A DNA stretch of 64,000 bases, taken from NCBI GenBank assembly GCA_951804945.1, contig OX638155.1, forward strand, positions 5,642,001 through 5,706,000, in the 5' to 3' direction. The stretch comes from Podarcis cretensis (lineage: Eukaryota). The first letter of the stretch is position 1. Each line of letters begins with the position of its first letter. The notes beneath the pieces were generated by a model. It saw only the letters and a program-made list of their open reading frames with translations, did no database searches and was not told the origin of the DNA. The translations under genes and the position numbers were made by a program. This document shows, in pieces, positions 37,850 through 48,996 of this stretch.

Positions 37850-38870
37850 TGGCCAATGGCTCCCTTGGGTCAGCCCTCCCAATCTCTCTGCTGCGCTGGG
37901 AAAGGAATGGGAAGCGCAGGGAGGGAAAACTGGTGGCAAGAGAGATTGGGGAGGGGGGAGCAGCAGGGTGTGTGTGCGTTTCGGGGAAGGGGCTTCTCTG
38001 CTGCTGCTGCCGCCGCCGCCGCCGCCGAGGAGGGAATTGCCGCTTGTCTGTATCCATTTCACAGCCCCATTTCTCTGCTGCTCCTTTTGCCAATGAGCTG
38101 CTGCTGATCCGAGCGCTTTAAAATCCCCCCGCTCCCCCCTCCCGCCTCTCCAGCTGCAGCCCGCGCCTTTCCGCTGCACAGCACCTCTCAGGTCACCCCG
38201 GAGCCGCCAGGAGCAGACCTGGGGGGCGGGGCGGGGGGCACCGGACTGCGGCGGGGTCCGGAGGCAGCAGCGGCCACCCCCGGGCTGGATACCTGGAGCA
38301 GAGGCAGCCGCTGGAGACGGCCATCCTTGCGCGCAAAGGAGCCAGGCATGGGCGGCGGGCAGAGCTGGTCGTGGCAGCTGCTGGCGCTGGTGGCTGCCGT
38401 CTTGTCCCTGCCAGGGCTCATCCCCGCGCAGATTCGCTACTCCATCCCAGAGGACCGGGACCCAGGCTCTTCCGTGGGGAACGTGGCCAAGGACCTAGGC
38501 GTGGACGTGCGGAGCTTGTCCGCTCGCCGCCTGCAGCTGGTCAGCGACGGGATGCGCCACTACTTCCATGTCAACCTCGCCGACGGCATGTTGCTGGTCC
38601 ACGAGAGGCTGGACCGCGAAGCTCTGTGCAGCTCCAGCCCCACGTGCTCCTTCCCTCTCCAGCTGGTGCTGGAGAACCCCCTGCAGCTCCACCGGGTGGA
38701 GGTGGAGATCCTGGACGTGAACGACAACGCCCCCAAGTTCCCGAAGGACAGGGTTTCCCTGGAAATCACCGAGGTGGCCAACCCGGGCACCCGCTTGCGC
38801 CTGGAAGCCGCCGAAGACCCGGACACGGGCTCCAACTCCATCGCCACCTATGAGCTTAGCCCAAGCGAAC
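37850..38870. promoter_or_regulatory. CpG-island promoter of extra C-type exon 2
   Basis: High GC and CpG, four CCAAT/ATTGG boxes (37853, 37879, 37945, 38090), GC boxes ~38221-38239, (CTG)4(CCG)6 at 37998-38027. Confidence 0.75.
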
Positions 38871-40783
38871 ATTTTGCCTTGAGCATTAACGTCAGGGGGG
38901 ACGGGGTCAAAATGCCCGAAATTGTGCTGGAGAAGCTTCTAGACAGGGAAAAAGCCGCTGTCCATCACTTAGTCCTGACAGCCCTGGATAGTGGGAATCC
39001 TGTTCAGTCTGGGACTGCCCAGGTGACAGTCCACGTCCTGGATGCAAATGACAACCCCCCTGTGTGTGACCCGCCAGTGTCCAAAGTTTATTTGGAGGAA
39101 AATGTCCAGGTGGGGACTGTCGTAACTAAGCTCAATGTTACGGACTTAGATGAAGGTCCTAATGGAGAGATGGAGTATTTCCTCAAAGCCAGCAATAGCG
39201 CACCTCTGAAGCTCCTTGACTTATTTAGCTTGGATCCCCAGACAGGGGAGATCAGGACCAAAGCTTTGCTGGACTACGAAGAAGCCAATGCTTACGAGAT
39301 AGCTATCTACATAAAAGACAAGGGGTCCCCTGCCATGGAGGGTCACTGCAACATCAGAGTGGAACTTGTTGATGTCAATGACAACCGCCCAGAGATTATG
39401 CTGACCTCCCTCTCTAGCCCAGTGCAAGAAGATGCACCCACAGGAACAGTCATTGCCCTGATCCAAGCAAAGGACAACGACTCTGAGGAAAATGGGCAAG
39501 TCCACTTGGAGATTACCAGGCACATCCCATTCAAACTGGTGTCTTCCTTTAAGGGACATTATTCACTGGTGACCAATGGGCCCCTGGACCGAGAGAAGGC
39601 TGCTAGATATAATATCACAATTAAAGCAACAGATTCTGGAATGCCTCCAAAATCCACCCACAAAAACATATTTATTCAAGTCTCAGATGTCAATGACAAT
39701 GCACCCACTTTCTCCATCCCTTCATACACTGCCCATGTGGAGGAAAATACTTCCCCTGGGACTCTAGTTTTTTCTCTGTCAGCCTCAGATCCGGATGCAG
39801 GTGTCAACTCCAAGCTGTCTTATTCCATTGTGGACAATGGAAATCATGGCTTACCCATTTCGACCTATTTCCACATCAACCAAGAGAATGGCAGCATTTA
39901 CACATCCAGGATGCTTGACTATGAGCAAGAGAAAGTCTTTCAAGTTGCCGTGGAGGTGAAGGATTCGGGTTTCCCACCCCTGAGCAGCACAGCCACTCTT
40001 CACTTGTTTGTTGTGGACCAGAACGACAACGCCCCGGTGATTGTGCACCCGCAAGTCTCCAAGGGCTCTGCCTTTCACCAGCCAGTTCTGCTCCCGGTGG
40101 AACCTGGATTCCTGGTGACCAAAGTGGTGGCTGTGGATGCTGACAGTGGCCACAATGCTTGGCTGTCCTATAGTTTGCTTCAGGATGCCAATGAAGCCAC
40201 CCCGTTCAAAGTGGAACGCCACTCAGGAGAGATCCGGGCTGTTCGGGCATTGAGGGAGCCTGGGGTGTCCCACAGGTTGGTGATAGAAGTAAGAGACAAT
40301 GGAGTGCCGTCTCTCTCAGCCTCTCTGGTTCTTGTGATTTCCTCAGAGGATAATGCTGTGCAGGACTTTTCCAAGTCCTTGGACCTTCTCCCCAAATCAC
40401 CTTCCAGAGCCCCCAGCCTAACTCTCTACCTTATCATCTCTCTTGTGGCCATCTCTCTGGTCTCTTGCGTAATGTTGGTTATTGTGGGGGCCAGGTGCTT
40501 CAGATCTGGCCTCTGTGTCCCCAGCTGGTTCATGTCACACTGCTGTAGTAAGAGGACAGACAGGAAATCCACCATAAATTTCACTGGGCGCCCACATCCC
40601 GAAGGCTTTATCAGATACCTTGAAGTGGGCGGAGCTGGAGCTCAGCACTACAAGTCTTGTCTCTCTCCAATGTCTGAACAGGGCGAATTCTTTTTTGTTA
40701 AACCTTTCAGTCATTCCACTACAGCAGAAAGCATGCTTGCCTTTGAGCAGGCAGGCAGTGTTTTGCAGAGTCCCTCTGATGGG
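38348..40783 (+). CDS. Additional protocadherin gamma C-type variable exon (extra 2, last variable exon before the constant region)
   Basis: Intact 812-codon frame: signal WQLLALVAAVLSLPGLIPA|QIRYSIPED, six EC repeats, TM, and VCD motif YKSCLSPMSEQGEFFFVKP. Phase-0 donor GGG|GTAAGA at 40783/40784. Confidence 0.93.
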
Positions 40784-43700
40784 GTAAGACACACTAAAGT
40801 GATTCTTAAAACATTTCTGCTTGCAATCCATAAATCCATATTTATCTACCATATTTATCTACCATAGACTTCCATCTGCTAGGTGTAAAGAGGTAAATGA
40901 GGTGTGTATGCCTGTGTGTGTGTGTGTGTGTTGTGGAGGGTGACATCCCGGGGTTCCTTCATTTTGCAGCTATTATGCTTTTTACAAGGTGCATGTAGGG
41001 CTTTCATTTCTTTCCATGCTACACTCTCTCCAACTGCCTCCCCCCCCCCAGGATGTTCTATGGTAAATTGGGGTGAGAGGAGAATGCATGTGCAGTGGTT
41101 GCTCTTGACTGGGACTTCTGGGAATATGATTAAAGGGTGGTATAAAAATATTATAATAAAACAAATATATAGGGTGATAATCCAACACATGCATCCCATC
41201 CATGCAAGGATTTCTGCTTGTGAAATGGGGTCTGCCCCCTTCCCTCCCCCATTCTTCCTCTCCACATGCTCCACAAACTCTCCCCAAATCTGCTCCAGAG
41301 AGTTGAGGAACCTCCAGACAGAGTTAGGTGGTGCACAGCGAGTGGGACGGGGGGGGGGGGAGGCAAGAGGCAAGGGGAGTCCTGTTGTGCAAGAGGAAAC
41401 CCATGTGCTGATGGGATGCTTAGGTAGCCCTAAGCTGGACATAAGGTCAGGTGGATCCACAGTCCTGTTTGGGTTGCTACAGTTGCTTGTCAGTTAGGCT
41501 TTTTAAAACCCAGTAGAATTATTATTATGCCACCCGTGTGCACAGCACTTTACAGAGTAAAGAAAAGCACAACCCATGGCCCTTCCACAAGAAGCTCTCG
41601 ACCTAAATGTAGTCAGAGAAAAGGGGGAGGCAAGTTTAGCGAAGGATGAATGAAAGCAGATGCAGCTACAAATGAGCTCTGCTCCAGACCTTCTCTACAT
41701 GTGCAGCAAACATTTGGGGAAGAAGCCAGATCTGAACAGACTTTGACTCCACTCTCATCTCAGCTGGAGAGGGAAGCCAGAGGTTTAAACCAAAGGCTTT
41801 ATGGAAGAAGTTAGTTCTGAGCAGAGGTTCAAAGGAAGAGACTGAAATGGGACCACATGGGTGTATATGTTGAGGCATCTTTAGCTGCATGGTTTTGCAC
41901 ATATGTGCTTAATGGATCCTTTAGCAAAAGAGACTGTGATGGTGATGATGGTGAGAGGATATGGGTCAAAAGGTGAGGGTTGCTGGATTCATTTTAAAAA
42001 GTACTCCCTACTCACCTCACTGCTACCATTATCAGAGTTCTGTAAAACTGTCAGGCAAATCCAGATCTATCACCATCTTAAGGTAATATTGTGGAAAAAC
42101 TGTGAAGCTGCTGATGTTACTTTGCCATTTTGAGCATGTTTTAATTTTGACATGTTGCGCCGGGGGTCTTTGCCCCAAAAGCAGCCTGCAAGTGTTTGAA
42201 ACAAGTATGTCCTATAAATACATGATTCTGTGACATCACAGTTACACTTAAGCAGCACCTTAGGGAAAACTTCTTATGACCATTCACTGGGAAGTTCTCC
42301 TGTGCAAGTCCCGTTGAAGTGAATGTGCATTTCAGAAGCGTACAGGAAGGCATCATCAAGCCCTTTCTATATGAGTGACAGGAGCTAGGAGTGAATGCAA
42401 ATGAGACGGTATATTTTTAACTGAATTACTTGGATGTGTTATAATGTGAGCAAGAATACATTTTAAAATATAAATTAAAAAAAAAATAACATATTTTTAA
42501 AAATGAAAAATCCCCATTGGGTTAACACAAGGGACAGGAAGCAGTGAGCCCTTGGTGAAAGGGGCAGGCTCAGCTTATTTAAGAAAAAGCAACAACACAA
42601 AATTTACATTTCAGTAATTTTAACAAACTGTTCTTACTTCATTTTTGCTTCTTTCCTGCTTCTAAATTTTGCTGGCACTATGAAGATACTATGTGCAGAA
42701 AGAATGCAGTATTTTGCAACACATGACACTCTGTTTTGCAATCCTTATCGTACACAGCTTTCACATTCCAGCTTTTGCCACCTCGTAAAGAAATATAGCT
42801 GAAATTTGAGCTTTTTGAGACTTGGGGACAGGAACTTAACCATTTTAGGAATGTCTAAATCCACATTTAGAAACTTAAATAAACAGGTGCCATTTTCTAA
42901 ACTTCAGAAAAACCACAGGTTGTGTGTGAGGGTTTTTTTAATTCAGTGTGTGCTGAAGATGCTCAAAATATATTTAAAGAACTGCCTGTATTTAGGTGTT
43001 TAAATTTAGGATTTAAGGTTTGATTATTGTAGCCTCTGGCTCTGCAAATTATAGAAGCAACTGAGGAAGTAAGTGTTCACAATGAATAACTCAAAGGAGG
43101 AGGCTTGTTTCTTCATATTTAGTCTGCAGAGAAATATAATACATGCTATCTACTGTTATATATGATAATTTTACACATACACATACATAAATAGATTTAT
43201 GAACTTGTTTAACTGACACCAGTAGTATATTTTAATCCTTTTGCGTTCACAGATCAATAATCAGAAAAGCTGGAATCCTCCTATTGTAGTAGGACACATT
43301 GTCTCAACCCTAGCTATGTCTACTCAGAAATGAGTCCTATTGAATTTAATTGGGCTTACTCTCAGGCAAGTGGGGTTTGGATTGCAGGCATATAGTTTTT
43401 TATTTGCAGGGTTCTTGGAGTCCAGATTCACCTGAATCAATTCTAATTTTGACATTGATTTAATAAGATGTCGATTACACCTTGTATCCTGATCTTAAAA
43501 CATGTTTATCCATTTTGTTAAGGACACATAAACAACAGTTTGGGTGCAAATCTCTCTAATGGTGTGGAGTATTATTACTGAAGGATTAATGGAGGAGACT
43601 GACAGGATATCTGGAGTTTTGCAGCATGCATCAACCACAGTGTGTCTTTCAGCTGTGATCACAAAGAGCCATTCAGACATGCTGCTCATAGTGGCATTTT

Positions 43701-44309
43701 ATGTACTCCTTTATTTACAAAATGTCCATTGTTCTAATAATACAACAATGTGGGTGGAAAGTAATACATGGCTCAGTCTATTCTGATATAGTGTCTTCTG
43801 TTGCGCCTTCAAATAAATCATTATTGTTGTGGGAAATGGAATTTTTAATCTCAGTGGGCGAAAAAGATTGCAAAGCTCCAAAGATCAAAGGAAACAGAAG
43901 ACATTAAATCAAAGCCCTAACACTGACCTGTTTCAGAAAAGATTATAAATTAGGAAATTCTATTAGCATTTCAGATGTTGGTATTCTCTCAGTACCAATT
44001 AATTCTGGTCTTCTCCCCCCCCCAAAAAAAAAAAAAAAAATTCCTGATGTTCTGGTGTTCTCTGGTTTAAATGATGCCCCTTCAAGCTTATTTCATGCTT
44101 CATTTATTCATGGATAGTTTGACTGTCTTATCTTCTGCAAGATTATTTAGATTACTTTCTTATCATGTTAACCAATCACGCTTCTTTAGAAGTATTTTGG
44201 AACATATAATGGTGTTCTCTGCTTGTGTGTGCATGTGTGTGTATATTTTATAGCTGAGCTTCATTTTAGGAATAGAAGCATTAAACCTCTCTTTGTGTTT
44301 CTCTTGCAG

Positions 44310-44368
44310 CAAGCACAACCTAACACAGACTGGCGTTTCTCTCAGGCCCAGAGACCAGGAACCAGTGG
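44310..44368 (+). CDS. PCDHG: Protocadherin gamma constant exon 1
   Basis: Polypyrimidine tract then CAG|CAA GCA CAA CCT AAC ACA GAC TGG... = [20 protein letters not shown]. 59 bp; donor GG|GTGAGT. Confidence 0.97.
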
Positions 44369-44635
44369 GTGAGTTATTTATTTTCTCATCTTCTGCAAAG
44401 CTTTTTCAAAGTTCCAACTATGGATTTTAGTTCTGTGCTGTTGTGGAAATGCACTGAATATATGGATGCGTAGCTGAGGCAGCAGCAGCCTGATCTTTCT
44501 CTACAGCTGTTCTGCCACCATTTCTATAATATATCGTGCTAAAAAAAATCGAAAAGGGTTGTGTGAGTTTGAGTCTATGTTATCTCACACTTCAGTTTTC
44601 TATATGCAGTGAATGAACTAACCTATGGATTAAGG

Positions 44636-44773
44636 CAGGAATGGGGAACCCATGGTCCTCCAGATATGTCCAGACTACAGCTCCTATCATCCCTGACTGT
44701 TGACCACCCTGGCTGAGACTGATGGGAGTTGGAGTCTAACAACATCTGGAGGGTCACAGATACCCTATCCCTG
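44636..44773. mobile_element. hAT-type MITE
   Basis: CAGGAATGGGGAAC...CCCTATCCCTG termini, palindromic interior, 8-bp TSD GATTAAGG / GGTTAAGG. Confidence 0.7.
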
Positions 44774-45599
44774 GGTTAAGGCATATTCCTGAGCTTCTTG
44801 TTATACTGGTTGTCTGGTTCTATCTATTGTTACCAAAAAAGGAAGAAGCTGGGTTGTAAATGAGAGGATTAAATGACTTACCAACAATCTCTTGTCAAGC
44901 TATTAAGCAAATCCAACTGAGCTGAATTGGTTATTATTAAAATAGGGTTGCCAGTTGGCCAAAAAAGAAAGCTCTCACTCTGTGCCTCTGCAAAAGTCAT
45001 CAAGTGGCAGTATGGAGCAAAGTGTTTCACCATTAATTCGCTGCAGAACAAATTGCAGTTAAAGGGGCTGGCCAAAACTTGGAATACACAGTCATGTAGA
45101 TTGGAGGAGGATGCTGGATGATGAAAACATGGTCTGGTAGCACTTTCTGCCTCCCTCAGATAATGAATATCTGAGATAGCTGGAGAAAGCCAGCAGCACC
45201 CCAAACCACAGACAACCATGCTAGAATGAAGCAACACCTTGAAAACTCCTTGACATTGTCACCATATGATAAAGTTGGGCTCTAGCCTGCAAAAGATTCT
45301 GCCGTTAACAAACACAATAGCTTTTGAAGGTGCCACAGGACTCCTTTTGTAGGTTTTGCTTCCCTCTATGGACCCGACACACTTATAGTTCTGAAAACTG
45401 TCCTCTTATTAATCAAGGATGTCAAGTTCAATATTGTCCAAAATAAATTGAATATATAGAATATGAATAGCTTTGGGGTGTTGTAACAAATGAACAAAAG
45501 TTACAAAGGATGGAATGGTGACAATTTAGTAGCTTTGTAAATAGAAGCTATTATCCTCTTATTGAAAGTTGCATGTGAGTCTGTGACTCAGGTGACTAT

Positions 45600-45900
45600 A
45601 ATTGATCGATTTAGCAAAATTTATATACTGCTTGTTTATAAATAAAACTTCTAAGCGGTTTACAAAAAATATTATTTATTAAATTTCTATACCCACAGTG
45701 CCTCTGTCTTGCCAGGATTCGAGCACAGTTTATTTTCCCTCATGAAGTCCACCATTGTATTCAGGCCTGCATGACCTCCCCTGATTCAGATGTTTTCAAA
45801 AAATAGACCTGAGCATCATTAGCATACGAATGGCATCCTGCCCCCAAACTCCTAATGACTACTCCCAGTGGTTTCATAGCATTGGGGATAAAACAGTGGC
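45600..45900 (-). mobile_element. L2-clade LINE fragment (RT region)
   Basis: Minus-strand MKPLGVVIRSLGAGCHSYANDAQVYF is a degenerate YMKPLG..I...G..C.QYADDTQLY RT motif. Confidence 0.7.
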
Positions 45901-46036
45901 CTGTGGCATAACTGCCAGGGAGCCAAAAAGCACTTTTCCAGTGCTCCTTTCTGAACTTGGTCCCATAGGTGGGACCAGGACAACTGTAGTGCAGTGATCC
46001 CCACTTCACAGAGCCAGTCCAGGAGGATTCCATATC

Positions 46037-46126
46037 CAGAGGTATTCATAGTCCAGTGTGCCGTGGCATCCCAGGGTGCCTTGAATGATGGTCAGGGGTG
46101 CTGTGGGCAACACTGGCCTCTGTCCC

Positions 46127-46182
<56 letters not shown>

Positions 46183-46510
46183 TCCCTCCCTTCTTTGATG
46201 CCTTCTCAAGTCTCAGCCTCCCAAAGATTTGCACAGCTGTTTGTTGCAGCAGCCCGGGCTATAAGCCCTGCAGGTGAAAGGTGCCTCTGGGAGACACCTC
46301 TCTTTGGGGCAGGGGGACCAGGGGTGGCAGCAGTGGCTGCCCAGAGGACTCCCAAGGAGAGGGGAGGGGAGAGGAGAACAGGTTGAGGGGAGGCTGCCAA
46401 CTCTGCAGGCAAGGGGTGACACAACTGGGCATCTGAGCCCCACAGGGGTCCTGCAGAAAGAATGTGGTTGGTCAAGGGAGCCGTGGACTCCAAAAGGTTG
46501 AAAACCTCTG
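46037..46510. mobile_element. hAT-type non-autonomous element containing a (TTTC)n microsatellite
   Basis: Termini CAGAGGT... / ...AAAACCTCTG, similar flanks CCATATC / CCATAGTC. (TTTC)n at ~46128-46184. Confidence 0.55.
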
Positions 46511-47641
46511 CCATAGTCAATGGTATTGAAAACTGCAGAAATACTGAGAAGTGGGTGCAAAGTTGCACTGCTCTCAGCCCATTCTCTTTGGAGTGCCCCT
46601 GGACACCTCCATCCATAGGCGCCAGCTACTGAGGGCTGAGGCACTTTGCCCCCCCCCCATAAATGTTTGGGTTTTCTGCAGATTGATGTTTGTTCTGATT
46701 AAGCAGTAAGCAACGGGTTTTCCTGGGGGAAACAGCAGGACCAAAAAAACCCCTCTCTGACACTTGAAATCATGAGACAAAGGGAAGTGCAGATGGACCC
46801 TGAGCCACAAATGTCTTAACTCTAGAACCAGGCACTTGTTTTTCAAGTTGCCAATAGCAGGGTTGCGTACTTTTTAAAAAAGGGTTCTGCTCCAGTGTCT
46901 TTTACTAGGGTAATCAGAAGCTTTTAAAAGAAAGCTGATGTAGAGCCATGGCAAAGAGACAGAGTGCTGACTCAGGAAGACCCTGGTTCAAATGTCACCT
47001 GTGCCATGAAGTCATAATAAGGTAGCCCCAGGCAAGCCAGCCTCGCTCTCATCCTCTGCCTTCCCACCCACCTGCCACTGCAATCTGGAGGCTAACACTT
47101 ACAGACGTGTTGTAAGGATTACATCAAAACAATGCAGGTGGAGCACTGGTACAGATGTCTCTTATCTCTGCCCCTACTCTTTGTACCTTTAACATCAGCC
47201 TGACATGGAGAAATATCTGGCATAAATATTCATGATGGGGTGAGCTTTACCAGTTGTGGTCACCCTAGTACCTTGTACCCAATTACATTGAAAGAAGTAA
47301 CTTGGGCCATTAAAAATAATAATTATGGCAATATGCCTACTTTTGTCATTCAGAAAACTCTGCATTTAGTAACAGATGTTCAAGCATCTATTGGCCAATT
47401 GAACTTGACAGTCTTTTGATTGCGAAACCAACGGAGACACACCTGTCCTTGAGCAGAGTTTTTTAGAACTTCCAGAGCAAGAGAACAGACAAAGTGGATC
47501 TACTGGATATACATTCTGATATATTCTTATTTTGCTTAGGGAATTGACACAAGAAAGCTGGTGTCCACCAGAGTTGTGTTGCACCCCCTGCCCACCCAAC
47601 TCATAAAAATACTGCAAATTGGATAAATCACCTGGCTGTTT

Positions 47642-47642
<1 letters not shown>

Positions 47643-47683
<41 letters not shown>
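47643..47683. repeat. (AAT)n microsatellite
   Basis: Visible directly. Confidence 0.9.
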
Positions 47684-47821
47684 TCCTACAAAAGATGGAA
47701 TATATTAAAGAGGTAGCTTAGGGTAAAAAAAGGAGGCACGTAATGCCTGCATCTGAATATATCTGAGATTCTTGTCCCAGCAGGCTTCTGCAAACTGAAC
47801 TGCAGCTGTACAAGCAGGAAT

Positions 47822-47905
47822 GTTGTTGTTGTTGTTTAGTCGTTTAGTCGTGTCCGACTCTTCGTGACCCCATGGACCAGAGAACGCCAGGCACTCCTGT
47901 CCTCC
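47822..47905 (-). mobile_element. Short 5'-truncated BovB (RTE) LINE 3' end
   Basis: Reverse complement reads ...CCATGGGGTCACGAAGAGTCGGACACGACTAAACGACTAAACAACAACAAC. Flanked by direct repeat ACAAGCAGGAAT. Confidence 0.8.
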
Positions 47906-48844
47906 ACAAGCAGGAATACATACAAGCAGGAATACATTATGTGAAACCTTTTGCTCTCATCACCACATCTGCATAATTGGGGAAAGTGCCAGTAGTTGAA
48001 ACTTTTCCCAATTCCACAGATGCCTAATGAGAGGGAAAGGCTTCACTTGCAGAAATCTTCTTACACACCTGTTAAAGGCTCAGAAAATCTGCCAGAAAAT
48101 GTTGGCAACTCCAATCCAGAATGCAGTAAATATACTGTACTGTAGTAAAATAGGTCACTGAGTGTTTGATAAAGGGCTTTTTGTTCCTAGATTAGAAGCA
48201 ACATCATCATAGAAGGCAGCATTCTTCAGCCCTCAAGGAAAAGCTCAGTTTGAGCTTCCTGGTTGCCCAGACTTGCTGCTGCTGCTGCTGCCGCAGAGCT
48301 GCCAACTTTTCAGCCAGTCCTTTTAGCTCTTCCTTAACCATTTGAACTACAGCAGGTGATTTGCTCCATGGCATGGAAAGCTTCACTTCTGATTTCTTCC
48401 AGTCAGACTCCTGTTAATGGCACAGGAGCATTTCCCCCCCTGAGCAGTTGCACATATGGCCACTTCCAAATTTTAGATCAGTATTTGGCACGATCAGTGT
48501 ATATTCTCAGTGGTTTAATTTCATTTCATCTTGGTCTACTGTTTCTGCCCCAGTTCAGCAAAGCTTGTAGATAAAAATGGGGAGGGGGAGGCTCAAGATA
48601 CTCAGGGGTTTGTCTGTTGACTTTTGGGTTGGGAGAGGCAGTGGAGATTGGACAAGATGGGCCCACATCCTCTTTGGTGGCATCTGTGCTGCCCATTTGC
48701 TTGCTCTCCTCCTTTGGGTCCAGCCCCACACTACTGCTGAAAGAGAGAGGTGGGGGTGGCTGCTGTTTCTGTGACTTCTCCTCCTCCTTGCTCTTGCCCC
48801 TGCTCACACGCCTGGAGTGGCAGGTGTGGTTCAGCTCCTGTTGA

Positions 48845-48996
48845 TTTGTGGTGGTGGTTAGATCATGGTGCTGATAATGCCAGGGTTGCCATTTCAGTCT
48901 TCATAGGGGCAGCTGAATAATCCTGCACTGCAGCGGATTGGACTAGATGACACTCAGGGTCTCTTCCAACTCTACAAGTCTACGATTCTATGATTC
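48845..48996 (+). mobile_element. Degenerate SINE or short retroposon with CR1-type 3' end
   Basis: tRNA-like head relic (GGTTAGA.CATGGTGCTGATAATGCCAGGGTTG) followed by TTGGACTAGATGAC...TTCCAACTCTAC...ATTCTATGATTC. Confidence 0.55.

Noticed and set aside
37618-38872. ORFs of 114-167 aa around the last variable exon promoter
   Set aside because: GC-rich and trinucleotide-repeat artefacts, or shadows of the Pcdh frame.
40879-41497. Opposing ORFs of 193 and 197 aa after the last variable exon
   Set aside because: No domain-like features, runs through (TG)n and G/C homopolymers. Probably chance intronic frames.
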